A stretch of 64,000 nucleotides of DNA from Gemmatimonadaceae bacterium. GTDB lineage: Bacteria > Gemmatimonadota > Gemmatimonadetes > Gemmatimonadales > Gemmatimonadaceae. The notes under the pieces are model-generated. The model ran no database searches, was not told where the DNA came from, and saw only the letters and a program-made list of their open reading frames with translations. A program made the position numbers and the translations under genes. Shown here piece after piece: positions 1 to 9,341 of the stretch; the first letter of the stretch is position 1; every line of letters begins with the position of its first letter. The stretch is from the NCBI GenBank assembly GCA_035701265.1, contig DASSNU010000015.1:8393-72392 (forward strand). The letters run 5' to 3'.

Positions 1-337
1 GCGCGGAGTCCATGTTCCACGATGCGCGCTCGCAGTCCACGAACACGGGCCTGGCACCCAGATAGCGAATGGGGAATGCGCTCGCCGCGAAGGTGAGCGT
101 GCTCACCAGCACGTCGTCACCGGCACCCACGCCGGCGAGCTGGAGCGCGAGGTGCAGCGCGGCCGAGCCGGAGGAGAGCGCCACCGCGTTGTCGGCGCCC
201 ACGCGCGCGGCAAACTCCCGCTGGAACGCATCGACGTGCGGTCCCAGCGGGGCGACCCAGTTGGTGGCGAATGCCTCCGCCACGAGCGCCTGTTCCTGGC
301 CGCTCATGTGCGGACTCGAGAGATGTATCCGGTTCAC
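1..337 (-). CDS. DegT/DnrJ/EryC1/StrS-family (PglE-like) PLP-dependent sugar aminotransferase, N-terminal part; the gene runs off the left edge
   Basis: Reverse translation from GTG at 337 reads VNRIHLSSPHMSGQEQALVAEAFATNWVAPLGPHVDAFQREFAARVGADNAVALSSGSAALHLALQLAG..., the typical N-terminus of sugar aminotransferases. It is absent from the ORF track because the window edge truncates it. Confidence 0.75.
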   Translation of the reverse strand, partial: MNRIHLSSPHMSGQEQALVAEAFATNWVAPLGPHVDAFQREFAARVGADNAVALSSGSAALHLALQLAGVGAGDDVLVSTLTFAASAFPIRYLGARPVFVDCERASWNMDSA

Positions 338-344
338 GATCCCT

Positions 345-1022
345 TCATCGGGCACGTCCGGTGGAGGCGTCCATCCCCAGCAGTCGCGCGGGGTTGCCGG
401 CCACGGTGGCACCGTCCTCCACGCTCCTCAAGACGATCGTGCCCGCCCCTACCGTCACACCCGCTCCTACCGTCACCCCGGGAATCACCACCGCCCCCGC
501 GCCGATCCAGCTCTGCTCCCCCACGTGCACGCCCCCGCACAGGACCGCGCCCGGAGAGACGTGCGCGGCGTCGCCCAGCACGCAGTCGTGCTCCACCACC
601 GCGCGCGAGTTCACGATCACCGCGCACCCCACGCGCGCCGCCGCGTTCACCACCGCGCCGGGAAAGACAACCGTCCCCGCGCCCAGCAGCGCCGACGCGC
701 TCACCACCGCTGACGGATGCACGAGCGCCGGGAGCAGCTCGGCGGGAACGGCCGCCAGCGCGCCGAACCGTGCGGCGTTGTCCCCTATGCCGAGCGCCAC
801 GGCATCGGCATCGAGCGGCAGGGTGCCGGCGCGGAGCGCGTCGCGGAAGGAATCTTCGAGCAGCTCCACGCGCGCGCCGCCAGGCTCCGCCTCGGTGCCC
901 AGTCTGGCCGCGTCGCGGTCCATGTAGCCGGCCACCTCGCCGCCGGTGGCGCGCACCAGGTCGGCCACCACCTTGCCGTGGCCCCCCGCACCCCAGATGA
1001 GGAACGTCCTAGAGCGAACCAC
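345..1022 (-). CDS. NeuD/PglD-family sugar N-acetyltransferase (left-handed beta-helix, hexapeptide repeats)
   Basis: 225-aa ORF. The N-terminal Rossmann-like LIWGAGGHGKVVADL is followed by hexapeptide-repeat-rich sequence (GAGAVVIPGVTVGAGVTVGAGTIV). It lies directly upstream of the aminotransferase. Confidence 0.85.
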   Translation of the reverse strand: MVRSRTFLIWGAGGHGKVVADLVRATGGEVAGYMDRDAARLGTEAEPGGARVELLEDSFRDALRAGTLPLDADAVALGIGDNAARFGALAAVPAELLPALVHPSAVVSASALLGAGTVVFPGAVVNAAARVGCAVIVNSRAVVEHDCVLGDAAHVSPGAVLCGGVHVGEQSWIGAGAVVIPGVTVGAGVTVGAGTIVLRSVEDGATVAGNPARLLGMDASTGRAR

Positions 1023-2805
1023 GGAATCTCTCCATGGTGGCGTGCCCCTGGTGGCTGATGCCGTGCCGCACGATCACCTGTTTGAGCGTGCGGAGCAAGA
1101 TGCGGAGGTCGAGCGCCGTACCGCGGTGGTCCACGTACCACACGTCGAGGGCGAGCTTCTCCTCCCAGGTGAGCGCGTTGCGCCCGTTCACCTGCGCCCA
1201 TCCGGTGACGCCGGGGCGTACGTCGTGCCGCCGCGCCTGCTCCGGCGTGTAGAGCGGGAGGTACTCCATGAGGAGCGGGCGCGGCCCCACCAGGCTCAGG
1301 TCCCCCTTGAGGACGTTCCACATCTCCGGCAGCTCGTCCACGCTCGTGCTGCGGAGCAACCGACCCAGCGGAGTGAGCCGTTCGGCATCGGGCAGCGGGG
1401 TGCCGTCTGGCGCAGTGGCGTTCCGCATCGTGCGGAACTTGTAGAGCACGAAGGGGCGTCCGTGGAGCCCCGGTCGCGTCTGCCGGAAGAGGACGGGCTT
1501 GCCGAGTGCGATGCGCACCGCCAGCGCGGCGAGGAGCATGACCGGGGAGAGGAGCACCAGCGCGGCGAGAGCGGCGGCCAAGTCCATCGCGCGTTTGACG
1601 GCCGCGTAGACACGGCGGCGCGCGGGGCGCGCGAGCAACCGCGCGTATTCGTTGTACAGCGCGTCCCACAGCCGCTCCGGGCGGAAGTCGCGCAGCACGC
1701 GCTCGCGGCCGGCGTGCCCGTGAGCGCGGCGAAGCTCCGCGTCCCCCAGATAGGCGGCGAGCGCGTGAGCCAGCGCCGTCGCATCGCGCGCGGGGACGAG
1801 CGTGCCCGTCACACCATCCACCACCGCGTCCACGCAACCCGGAACGCGCGTGGCCACCACTGGGAGACGCATGGCCGCCGCCTCGAGCGGCACGTTCGGG
1901 AACCCCTCGCGGTAGGTGGGAAGGGTGACCAGATCCATGGCCGCGTAGAGCGGCGGTGTGTCCCAGTCCATGCCGGCCAGGTGCACGCGCGGATCGTTGC
2001 GCAGCGCGTCGAGCGTTTCCGCCGGCACCGGATCCTGCGGCTCCACGGGGCCCACCACCAAGAGGTGCGCATCGGGGAAGTCGTCGCGCAGGCGGTGCCA
2101 CGCGTCCAAGAGCTCCACCACTCCCTTGTCGCGCACCACGCGTCCAACAAATCCCACCACCAGCGCATCGACGGGGATCCCCAGCCGAGCGCGAACTTGC
2201 GTGCGCGTGTCCGGCGGCAGGCGGTCCGGGTGAAAGCGACCCTCGGCATCCACGCCGTTCCCGCTCCCTGCGCCCAGCACCACCATCTTCTCCGCCGCGC
2301 ACACTCGCTCGGCCAGGGCCACCTGGCGGAGCGAGGCGCTGTTGCAGATGACGCGGTGCGCCATCATGCAGGAGACGCGCTCGGTGGCGCGGAGGAGCGT
2401 GCGCCGCCACCCGGTAGCGGCGGTGAGCGGGAGGCCGCGCATGTGATAGATGCGAACCGGCACACCGGCAATGGCGGCTGCCGTGGTGCCCAGGAGTCCT
2501 CCCTTGGGAGTGTGCGCGTGCACCACGTGAGGGCGGATGCGCCGGAGCGTGCGCACGAGCGCGGCGAGCGCGGCGAGATCGCGGAGCGGCGTGATGCGGC
2601 GCGGCATCTCCACGGTGTGTACGTCGATGCCGAGCTGCGCGGCAAAGCGCTCGCGGTCGGGGCCGGGAGAGGAGATGGCCGACACCGAGAAGCCGCGCGC
2701 GCGCATGAAGTCCACCTGTCCCACCAGGAAGGTGAGGGACATGGGGATGGTGGTGACGTGCACCAGGCGCGTGGGAGCGGCGGCCGGCGACACGCGCGTG
2801 CTCAC
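1009..2805 (-). CDS. Fusion protein: N-terminal GT4 glycosyltransferase + C-terminal PglC/WbaP-type bacterial sugar transferase (phosphoglycosyl transferase)
   Basis: One open frame carries both domains. The GT4 part reads LVHVTTIPMSLTFLVGQVDFMRARGF...REGFPNVPLEAAAMRLPVVATRVPG. The PGT part reads KRAMDLAAALAALVLLSPV...GKPVLFRQTRPGLHGRPFVLYKFRTM...DELPEMWNVLKGDLSLVGPRP. There is no stop, and no ATG/GTG, between the domains except the M inside KRAMD. I chose the GTG at 2805, which overlaps the TGA of the upstream deacetylase (GTGA). The 744-aa track ORF extends further, but that part overlaps the deacetylase gene. Confidence 0.8.
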   Translation of the reverse strand: MSTRVSPAAAPTRLVHVTTIPMSLTFLVGQVDFMRARGFSVSAISSPGPDRERFAAQLGIDVHTVEMPRRITPLRDLAALAALVRTLRRIRPHVVHAHTPKGGLLGTTAAAIAGVPVRIYHMRGLPLTAATGWRRTLLRATERVSCMMAHRVICNSASLRQVALAERVCAAEKMVVLGAGSGNGVDAEGRFHPDRLPPDTRTQVRARLGIPVDALVVGFVGRVVRDKGVVELLDAWHRLRDDFPDAHLLVVGPVEPQDPVPAETLDALRNDPRVHLAGMDWDTPPLYAAMDLVTLPTYREGFPNVPLEAAAMRLPVVATRVPGCVDAVVDGVTGTLVPARDATALAHALAAYLGDAELRRAHGHAGRERVLRDFRPERLWDALYNEYARLLARPARRRVYAAVKRAMDLAAALAALVLLSPVMLLAALAVRIALGKPVLFRQTRPGLHGRPFVLYKFRTMRNATAPDGTPLPDAERLTPLGRLLRSTSVDELPEMWNVLKGDLSLVGPRPLLMEYLPLYTPEQARRHDVRPGVTGWAQVNGRNALTWEEKLALDVWYVDHRGTALDLRILLRTLKQVIVRHGISHQGHATMERFRGSL

Positions 2806-3824
2806 GCGGTGCTCCCGGCGAGAGAGATCGCCTCGCGCCGCGCCAGGTCCGCCGCGCCGGCCATGGTGAGGGAGAGGAGACCGCGCCGCGCGCGCTCCTC
2901 CTCCGCCACGCGCAGCACGGCGCGCAGGACGTCGAGGTTTTCCTGCTGGTGCGCGCCGAAGTTGTGCGGATGCCACCAGAGGTGACAGATGCGCCCCGTG
3001 CGCGCGGCCTCGCGAATGCGCCCGACCACGCGCTCGAAGCGCCGCCGCTCGAGAGAACGCGCGCGTGGCGCGTAGGGGCGGAGCAGCGCGGTGGCGCGCA
3101 CGTCGGCCAAACCGGAAGGTTGGGGAACCTCGTCCCACCGCTGCAGGTCGCTGCCGGGAGGGCCGGCGTAGCTGTCGAGGAGACGGGCGAGACGCTGCAC
3201 GCGTCCGTCGCTTTCGCGTGTATTTCGGAATCGCCACATCCACGAGAGCGGGTTGCCGCGATACACGTCAATGCCGTGGTCCAGCAGGATCACATCGTAC
3301 GCCGCGTCGCGTTGGTTGCGCGGAAACACGATGGAGCGCACTGGGGCGCCCCACGCCGCGGCGATCCGGCAGGCAGCGGCAAGATCCGCGCGGAACGCGT
3401 CCGCTGTCTGTCCGGGCTCGCCGCAGTAGTAGTGGGAGAACGTGTGTGTGCCCAGCTCCTGGTATGGCGTCTCGAGGATCCGGCGGACGAGGGACGGCGC
3501 GTAGTGGAGCGGATCGTCGTTCTCATCCGCGCCGAGTGGCTCGGCGTACGGATCCAGGTGCCGGTTGGCGTAGGCCGGGCGTGCGGTGGGGGAGTACGCG
3601 TGCAGCTCGTCACGAGAGCGAGCGAGGAGGAACCCCACCGTGGCCCAGGTGGCGGCGATCTGCGTTTTCTCGAAGAGCTCGAGCAGGCTCGGGATGACCT
3701 GCCTGGCGCCGAGGAGGTTCGCGTGATAGGGAGAGGTAGGGGTGTGCCGGTCGCGCACTCCCCAGTGGAGCTCGAAGTCGAGGGAGAGGACCAGGGCGCC
3801 TGGGAGGGCGAGCTGGCGGTTCAC
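2802..3824 (-). CDS. Polysaccharide deacetylase-family protein (CE4-like)
   Basis: 340-aa ORF with LSLDFELHWGVRD near the N-terminus and THTFSHYY. Its size and context match deacetylases found in EPS loci. Both ends are coupled to neighbouring genes (4-nt overlaps). Confidence 0.65.
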   Translation of the reverse strand: MNRQLALPGALVLSLDFELHWGVRDRHTPTSPYHANLLGARQVIPSLLELFEKTQIAATWATVGFLLARSRDELHAYSPTARPAYANRHLDPYAEPLGADENDDPLHYAPSLVRRILETPYQELGTHTFSHYYCGEPGQTADAFRADLAAACRIAAAWGAPVRSIVFPRNQRDAAYDVILLDHGIDVYRGNPLSWMWRFRNTRESDGRVQRLARLLDSYAGPPGSDLQRWDEVPQPSGLADVRATALLRPYAPRARSLERRRFERVVGRIREAARTGRICHLWWHPHNFGAHQQENLDVLRAVLRVAEEERARRGLLSLTMAGAADLARREAISLAGSTA

Positions 3825-5086
3825 GTGGAGGCCGGGGCGGGATCAAGGAGCGTAGCGACGTCCCCTTCCTTCGATTCCTGCTGTGCCAACTCCTTCGGCA
3901 ATTGCGGCATTGCTTCGAGTATCGCAAACAAGAAGGGGAAAAGGAATACACGCTGGCGAGCGATGATGCCGAGGTTGGTGATGAGGAAGCCGATGCTCAG
4001 CGAGTACGCAAGTACGAAGGGAATACTCACGCGAAGCAGCCTGTTGGATCTCCACTGCCGTAGAGAAATGGCCAGCCGGCGACGCTGATGGATGACGAGC
4101 CCCCAGAAGAACAGCATTTCCAGGCACGAGAACGCGACCATCGGGTTGTCGACTTCCCAGGGGAACGGTCGGAACAACACGTTGAAGAGAGCTTGTGGCG
4201 CGCCCAGAGGGCTGAGAGGCACTGCGTCTATCGCGCTGCCGCCACCAACCCGGCGAGCTGGCTCTGTCTCGATGTAGCTCTGGACTCCCTCAACATCGAA
4301 GCCACCTGCACCGATGGTGCGAAGGGAGTACCAGATCGCGCCGAGCCCCAAGGCGAGAATGAGCACGCCCTGCACCATCCTTGCGGGCGTCCACTTCCCA
4401 CCGAACGAGAGCCAGTGACCGACGATAAAGCACAGAACGAGCACGGCGGCAAACTGCGGGCGGACGGCATACACGAGTACGGTTCCACTGCCGATCGCGA
4501 ACCAATTGATGCGCCCGCGCCGCCCGATGTAACCCAACACGGCCAGCCCGATGCCGAGCATGATAACGGCCTCTTTCCCTACGCTCGACGGCCAGAACCA
4601 GAGTGAAGGAAAGAGCCAGATCCATCGGGCGTACCGTGAAAGCGGCACCGTCGGAAACGCGCGGCGAAAGGCCCGGGCGAAACCGAGCAACCCAACGAAG
4701 GCGAATAGCGAGAAGACGACGAACTCGCCTACGAGCGTAGGGCCGATGACCGCGAGCACCAGTCCGGAGGGCAAGTACATGAACTGTGTGCCCGTCCACG
4801 TGCCCTCGCGCCAGATGAGAGGATCAAGAACCTGAGAGAAATCCCAGTGACGGAATGACCGCGCATACCCGAGACCGACGTCGAAGTAGCCAATAGCGTC
4901 ACCCACACCGTGGTAGTACTGCGTGAGCACCAGATATCTCGTGACGGCCCCCACGACCCGCAGCGCAAGCCCTGCGAGCACGAGTAGCTTGAGCGCTCGC
5001 GGAAGCCGGGACATCAGAATGAGGCCGGCCATCGCAACAAGGAGCGCTGGTACGAGCGCCGCAGCAATCCAATCGGTGGGAGTCAT
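3821..5086 (-). CDS. Polytopic integral membrane protein, possibly a Wzy/EpsG-like polymerase; function not established
   Basis: 421-aa ORF with roughly 10 hydrophobic segments (for example ALVPALLVAMAGLILM, VFSLFAFVGLLGFA, VLILALGLGAIWY). It sits inside a polysaccharide locus. I recognised no catalytic motif. Confidence 0.55.
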   Translation of the reverse strand: MTPTDWIAAALVPALLVAMAGLILMSRLPRALKLLVLAGLALRVVGAVTRYLVLTQYYHGVGDAIGYFDVGLGYARSFRHWDFSQVLDPLIWREGTWTGTQFMYLPSGLVLAVIGPTLVGEFVVFSLFAFVGLLGFARAFRRAFPTVPLSRYARWIWLFPSLWFWPSSVGKEAVIMLGIGLAVLGYIGRRGRINWFAIGSGTVLVYAVRPQFAAVLVLCFIVGHWLSFGGKWTPARMVQGVLILALGLGAIWYSLRTIGAGGFDVEGVQSYIETEPARRVGGGSAIDAVPLSPLGAPQALFNVLFRPFPWEVDNPMVAFSCLEMLFFWGLVIHQRRRLAISLRQWRSNRLLRVSIPFVLAYSLSIGFLITNLGIIARQRVFLFPFLFAILEAMPQLPKELAQQESKEGDVATLLDPAPAST

Positions 5087-6139
5087 TCAGAAGAGCTCGA
5101 GATCGCCGACGCTCAGGTGCCACGACGAGAGGCGCAGTGGGTCCGGTGCAACGTCATCGCGCAGCGCCCGAACCGTGAGTGTGGGGCCTACCCGGGGAAT
5201 GGGAAGGAAACCGACTGGTCTCAGCACATCGCGGTGCGTTGAGCCGGAGGGCGCCATGGCCGCAGCATAGTCCACATCGCGCGTGCTGCACAACTCCCGC
5301 ACGAGCTGCTGCGCTACGCGCACGGAGAGCCGGTCAGGCCCTACCACCAGTTCGCAAATCCGGAGCTCGCGCAGCGCCCCGCGTGTAACGATCCGGAAAA
5401 TCACGGCCGCTCCTGCATCTCCTTCCAGCCGCCAGGCAGCTCGGTATCCCTCGACGGGGGTTCGGGCGTACCGCCAGGAGAGATACTCGATTGACCGCCG
5501 GGTTCGCAGCCGCACGTCCGGTGTGACGTCGGCGTGCTCCAGCAGTGGGCCGAGACGCGGGTCTGCCACGAGTTCCGCTACAGGACCGCCGACCACCGGG
5601 GCGGGCTCGCCCATCGAGGACTGATGCCTAGCGCGGCTCCGAACGAGTCCGGCGACGAAGCGGAGTGGGCGTAGTGGGCGGACGAGTATCGTCACGCGCC
5701 CTACACGCTCCCACCCCATCTTGAGGTACCCTGGCCGGCTGGAGCTATTGGGCGTGTTGAAGACCATGGCAACGCCTGCGTCGCGCACTCGTTCAACGAG
5801 GGCCAGGGTCAGTCGAGAGAAAATTCCTTTCCCGCGCCAGTCGGGATGCGTCACGGTGTCTACCGCTCGGACGGCCGTCACGTCTCGATTGCCCGTCCTC
5901 CAGAGCCATCGCATGAACACTCGCAATCCCACGAGGCGGTCCTCGTCCAGCGCGAGCAAACACGGCGACGGGCCGAAGGGATTCTCCTCATGCTTCCAAC
6001 GCCAGAAGCGTTCGCCCCACGCCGGATTCGAGGAGCCGAGGGATGTGGCGATGAGATGAAGGATGGCCGGGACATCGTCCGCGGTGGCAGCTCGAACTGC
6101 GAGGTCAGCGCCGCGTGCCACGGCCATTGCCGGCGACAT
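5087..6139 (-). CDS. GNAT-family N-acetyltransferase with a C-terminal extension
   Basis: 350-aa ORF. Motif A region reads VDTVTHPDWRGKGIFSRLTLALVERVRDAG...VFNTPN. Alternative starts are ATG 6127 and GTG 6121. It overlaps the end of the upstream GT4 gene. Confidence 0.7.
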   Translation of the reverse strand: MSPAMAVARGADLAVRAATADDVPAILHLIATSLGSSNPAWGERFWRWKHEENPFGPSPCLLALDEDRLVGLRVFMRWLWRTGNRDVTAVRAVDTVTHPDWRGKGIFSRLTLALVERVRDAGVAMVFNTPNSSSRPGYLKMGWERVGRVTILVRPLRPLRFVAGLVRSRARHQSSMGEPAPVVGGPVAELVADPRLGPLLEHADVTPDVRLRTRRSIEYLSWRYARTPVEGYRAAWRLEGDAGAAVIFRIVTRGALRELRICELVVGPDRLSVRVAQQLVRELCSTRDVDYAAAMAPSGSTHRDVLRPVGFLPIPRVGPTLTVRALRDDVAPDPLRLSSWHLSVGDLELF

Positions 6140-7244
6140 CCAAGTAGACCTCCTCCAACTCGGCCATCATGCGGCGCATACCGAACCGCGCATGCACCAG
6201 CATGCGCGCGGCACGTGCAAGGCGTGCACGCTCGTCCGGAGCGTTGAGGAGCCGGATACAGGCATCCGCCAATGAGCGTGCATCCCGTTGCGAGACGAGT
6301 ACTCCCGTCTCACCGTCTCGCACTACCTCTGGCACGCCACCGACGACGGTCGAGACCACCGGACACTCCATGGCCATTGCTTCCAGCAGCGCAACCGGGA
6401 GACCCTCAAAATCGGAGGACATGAGAAGGAGGTCAAAGTTGGCGAGGTAGCTCCTCACGTCTTCCTGCAGGCCGGCGAAGCGCACATACCCGTCCATGCC
6501 ATACTGCACAGCCAGTGTATGTAAGGCGGGAGCGAGCGGGCCGTCGCCCACCAGGACGAAGTGTGCGTTGGGGATATACTCACGGACGATGCGCGCTGCC
6601 TCCAGCCACCGATCGAGTCGTTTCTGTGCGCGAAAGACCGCGACCGTGCCGATGATCGGTGCATCGGCGGGAATATGGAGCGTCGCTCGCAACCCGCTGG
6701 CCTCTACTGCTCGCCGGGAAAACGTCGTCGTGTCGACACCGTTCAGGATGGTGCGCACCGGTACCGGCCCTTGTACGTGAGCCCGGATGGAAGCCTCGAC
6801 GTCCGCCGACACGGCGATCACCTGCGCCTGCCACCGCCACGTGGCCAGATTGAGCCAGCGGGTGGCTGGGTGGTATCGCTCCATGCGATTGTGTTCGGTG
6901 TACACGACAGGTACGCCTGCCAGCCGACCGGCGACACGGCCCACCGCGCCTGCTAATGGCAGATGGCAGTGCAGAATGTCCGCATTCCACGCGCGCAACG
7001 CCGATGCGACGCGCCATGCGGACAGAAGGATCCGCATGTTCGATGGCGCCGCGAAGCACGTGACAGGGGCACCCTGCTCCTCGAGAGCGCTCACCATCGC
7101 GGTTTTCCCCGGGAGGAAGTAGCCGTACGCGAATGTGAAGCGCTCTCGGTCGGAATGCCTCAGCCCCTCCGGAAGCAACATCTCCGCGCCACCACGGCCC
7201 AACGATTTGATCAGATGAAAGACACGCACGTGACGGGAGTGCAC
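6105..7244 (-). CDS. GT4-family glycosyltransferase
   Basis: VRVFHLIKSLGRGGAEMLL at the N-terminus. The C-terminal half contains SSDFEGLPVALLEAMAMECPVVSTVVGGVPEVV (the E-x7-E region). I trimmed the start to GTG 7244 (alternative GTG 7229) because the track ORF overlaps the upstream gene, which ends at 7256. Confidence 0.8.
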   Translation of the reverse strand: MHSRHVRVFHLIKSLGRGGAEMLLPEGLRHSDRERFTFAYGYFLPGKTAMVSALEEQGAPVTCFAAPSNMRILLSAWRVASALRAWNADILHCHLPLAGAVGRVAGRLAGVPVVYTEHNRMERYHPATRWLNLATWRWQAQVIAVSADVEASIRAHVQGPVPVRTILNGVDTTTFSRRAVEASGLRATLHIPADAPIIGTVAVFRAQKRLDRWLEAARIVREYIPNAHFVLVGDGPLAPALHTLAVQYGMDGYVRFAGLQEDVRSYLANFDLLLMSSDFEGLPVALLEAMAMECPVVSTVVGGVPEVVRDGETGVLVSQRDARSLADACIRLLNAPDERARLARAARMLVHARFGMRRMMAELEEVYLDVAGNGRGTRR

Positions 7245-7255
7245 GAGATGCCTAG

Positions 7256-8440
7256 CTATGCGGCGGCAACGGGATTCTCGCCCCGAAACAAACGCCCAAT
7301 TGCCTCGCGAAGCCTGCGTTCCGCCGCTGACTGATCGGGGACGAACCGCCGGCACGTTTCCGTCCAAGAGTGGGGCATCCCCGATTCCCGCAGCGCGAAC
7401 AGTCTTTCGATGAGGGCCTGTTCCTGGGTGAGCGGCGGGACGGTTCGGATCAGTGCCTCAAAGAACGTTCCTTCCCCGATCTGTTCTGGCACGACGTGAA
7501 CCGGCAGAAGCGGCCGACCGGTGGCCGCGAAGCTGGCCGATAGCGACGTATGATCCGTAATCGCGATATTGCAGCGGGCGAAGTGTACGGTCCAATCGTC
7601 TTCAGGCGAGAGCACTCTGACTCGGTCGGCGGCGCCGAAGCTGTGTAACACATCGGTCCAGTTCCGCGTGGCCCGGCGCCCTGCCCAGATGTTCGGATGA
7701 GCGCTGAGAACCACTTCGATACGGCCTTGCTGCGCGAGATCGGCAAGAGCGGGCAGGAGCCAGGTGGCATGCTGCTCTAATAGCCCGAATGGCCCCCACG
7801 TGGACATGATGGCGACAACCGGATGACACTCAGCAGGAGCGCGTTGAGCATTGGTGACCAACCTGGCCGTGCGCAAGTCGCCCGCTGCCACGATGCGACC
7901 CCGATACGAGGGGATGCGGGCAAGTGCCTCTGCAACGGCCTCGTCGCCGATATCCACCATCAAATCGTACACGGGGCGCCCGTCCGCCCAGAAGATACGC
8001 CGCTCGTCATAATAGTAGCTCCACCCCCGAACCGGCCTCGAGCGAACAGGGCCATGTGGCACGATGATGCGGCGCGCGTACGGATCGAAGCGAGCTGGAG
8101 CGTGATCCGCGAGCAGGATGTAATCGAAGGCTGCCACGCGCGCGCGCACGTCACTCAGAACTCTGAGTCCAAGAGCTCGGCAGCTCTGTCGAAGCTCGGC
8201 CGGCGCCGTGGCGAAGCCGTCCACGTGTGCGACATCCCGTACGAGCTCCCAGAGGAGCGCGACATAGTCGTACATCAGCCTGTTCTGAGCGACCACCAGC
8301 ACCCGCGCCGCCCGCTGTGTAGCGCTTCTTCTCCCCCGCCGCCCGATGAACGCGAGTGTGTTCGCCGCTTCGTACAACCTGCGCTTTAGCAGCAACCGCG
8401 CCGGCGCCACAGGCTCTAGATGAGTGCCCATCTTCGACAT
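7256..8440 (-). CDS. Hypothetical protein, weakly TagB/TagF-like (CDP-glycerol glycerophosphotransferase / capsule biosynthesis fold)
   Basis: The ORF has good codon bias. VVLSAHPNIW and CNIAITDHTSLSASFAATGRPLL resemble the TagF-family HP and ITDYSS...KP motifs. The start is taken at MSKMGTH (8440), just after the upstream stop at 8466. Confidence 0.4.
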   Translation of the reverse strand: MSKMGTHLEPVAPARLLLKRRLYEAANTLAFIGRRGRRSATQRAARVLVVAQNRLMYDYVALLWELVRDVAHVDGFATAPAELRQSCRALGLRVLSDVRARVAAFDYILLADHAPARFDPYARRIIVPHGPVRSRPVRGWSYYYDERRIFWADGRPVYDLMVDIGDEAVAEALARIPSYRGRIVAAGDLRTARLVTNAQRAPAECHPVVAIMSTWGPFGLLEQHATWLLPALADLAQQGRIEVVLSAHPNIWAGRRATRNWTDVLHSFGAADRVRVLSPEDDWTVHFARCNIAITDHTSLSASFAATGRPLLPVHVVPEQIGEGTFFEALIRTVPPLTQEQALIERLFALRESGMPHSWTETCRRFVPDQSAAERRLREAIGRLFRGENPVAAA

Positions 8441-8465
8441 CCTGGAGGTGCCCAACGGCCACGGG

Positions 8466-9341
8466 TCACTGTTCGTAGCCCCACGTGCGTGCTTGCTGAG
8501 CCACCATCGTCCAGAGTCGTTGTTGTGTAGCACGCGGCATCTTGTGTCGCCAATCCTCCGCGCGCGCTGAGGTGACGAACCGTGCGGCGATCTCGCCTAC
8601 GAACGACGGCCGATCGGACGACGCGAACTCCGCCACCTGCGCACCCACGGAGCGCGGATCCTTCACCACGTCTTCGTATCGCACCGTAAGCGCAGTGTAA
8701 CCGTTGGCGATGGCGCCCTCGATGCACTGCATTTCCCGACACCACAATTCCGCTGCCAAGGTTAGATGATCTTCGTCGGAGGCGGCCAAGGCATTCGGTG
8801 TTTCACCGCCGCGGAACCACAGTGGCGTGTGCGGCCACCATTGCACCCGAGTCAAGGAGCGTGCAACCGCAAGTGGGTGCCTGACGACGTGGAGAAAACG
8901 GACATCTACGTCCGGCAGACTCGCGAGGACGCGGATCCGTCGGCCGTTCCGCGTGTTCTTGTTGAGGAACACGCGATTCCCTCGGGCGAGCTTCCGAATT
9001 GCGCGAGAGACACGCTCCACTTCCGCGCTGGAAATGTCATTCGGAGCCAATTCACCCGTCGTCGCGCCCGCAAACCTCGGTAGCTGCCGATCCCACCATA
9101 CGTATGCCTCCGATGGTGATAGCCAGCGGGAGCGCCTCTTCCCGTGCGCCATGCGCGTCGCATGATCATGAACCGCGATGCGGTTGATGAGTCGACTCAC
9201 ACCGACATCAGCCTCCACACGACTGATCCAACGGAGATTCGGCGATACGGCGAGCATGTCGTACACCATCGTCGTGCCGGACCGGCCGACTCCGATGACG
9301 AAAACTGCGCGCGCGATTCCTCGGTGTCGCGACACTCTCAA
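8466..9341 (-). CDS. Sulfotransferase-family protein
   Basis: 291-aa ORF. VFVIGVGRSGTTMVYDML matches the 5'-PSB P-loop of PAPS-dependent sulfotransferases. A downstream RxxxS-like region reads VRHPLAVARSL. Confidence 0.7.
   Translation of the reverse strand: MRVSRHRGIARAVFVIGVGRSGTTMVYDMLAVSPNLRWISRVEADVGVSRLINRIAVHDHATRMAHGKRRSRWLSPSEAYVWWDRQLPRFAGATTGELAPNDISSAEVERVSRAIRKLARGNRVFLNKNTRNGRRIRVLASLPDVDVRFLHVVRHPLAVARSLTRVQWWPHTPLWFRGGETPNALAASDEDHLTLAAELWCREMQCIEGAIANGYTALTVRYEDVVKDPRSVGAQVAEFASSDRPSFVGEIAARFVTSARAEDWRHKMPRATQQRLWTMVAQQARTWGYEQ

Noticed and set aside
1009-3243. Taking the whole 744-aa track ORF as the GT4-PGT protein.
   Set aside because: The first 146 codons or so overlap the deacetylase gene (2802-3824) and are Arg/Ala-rich. 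The conserved GT4 N-terminus (LVHVTTIP) starts just after GTG 2805, which is coupled to the deacetylase stop.
785-3271. Very long track ORFs on the strand or frame opposite to recognisable genes. Examples: 785-3271 (-) 828 aa, 946-2985 (+) 679 aa, 27909-29705 (-) 598 aa, 45977-48817 (-) 946 aa, 50061-53078 (-) 1005 aa, 58564-61275 (+) 903 aa and 60687-63932 (+) 1081 aa.
   Set aside because: They are Arg/Ala/Pro/Gly/His-rich with no motifs. They fully overlap ORFs that carry clear family signatures. Stop-codon-poor alternative frames are expected in DNA above 70% GC.
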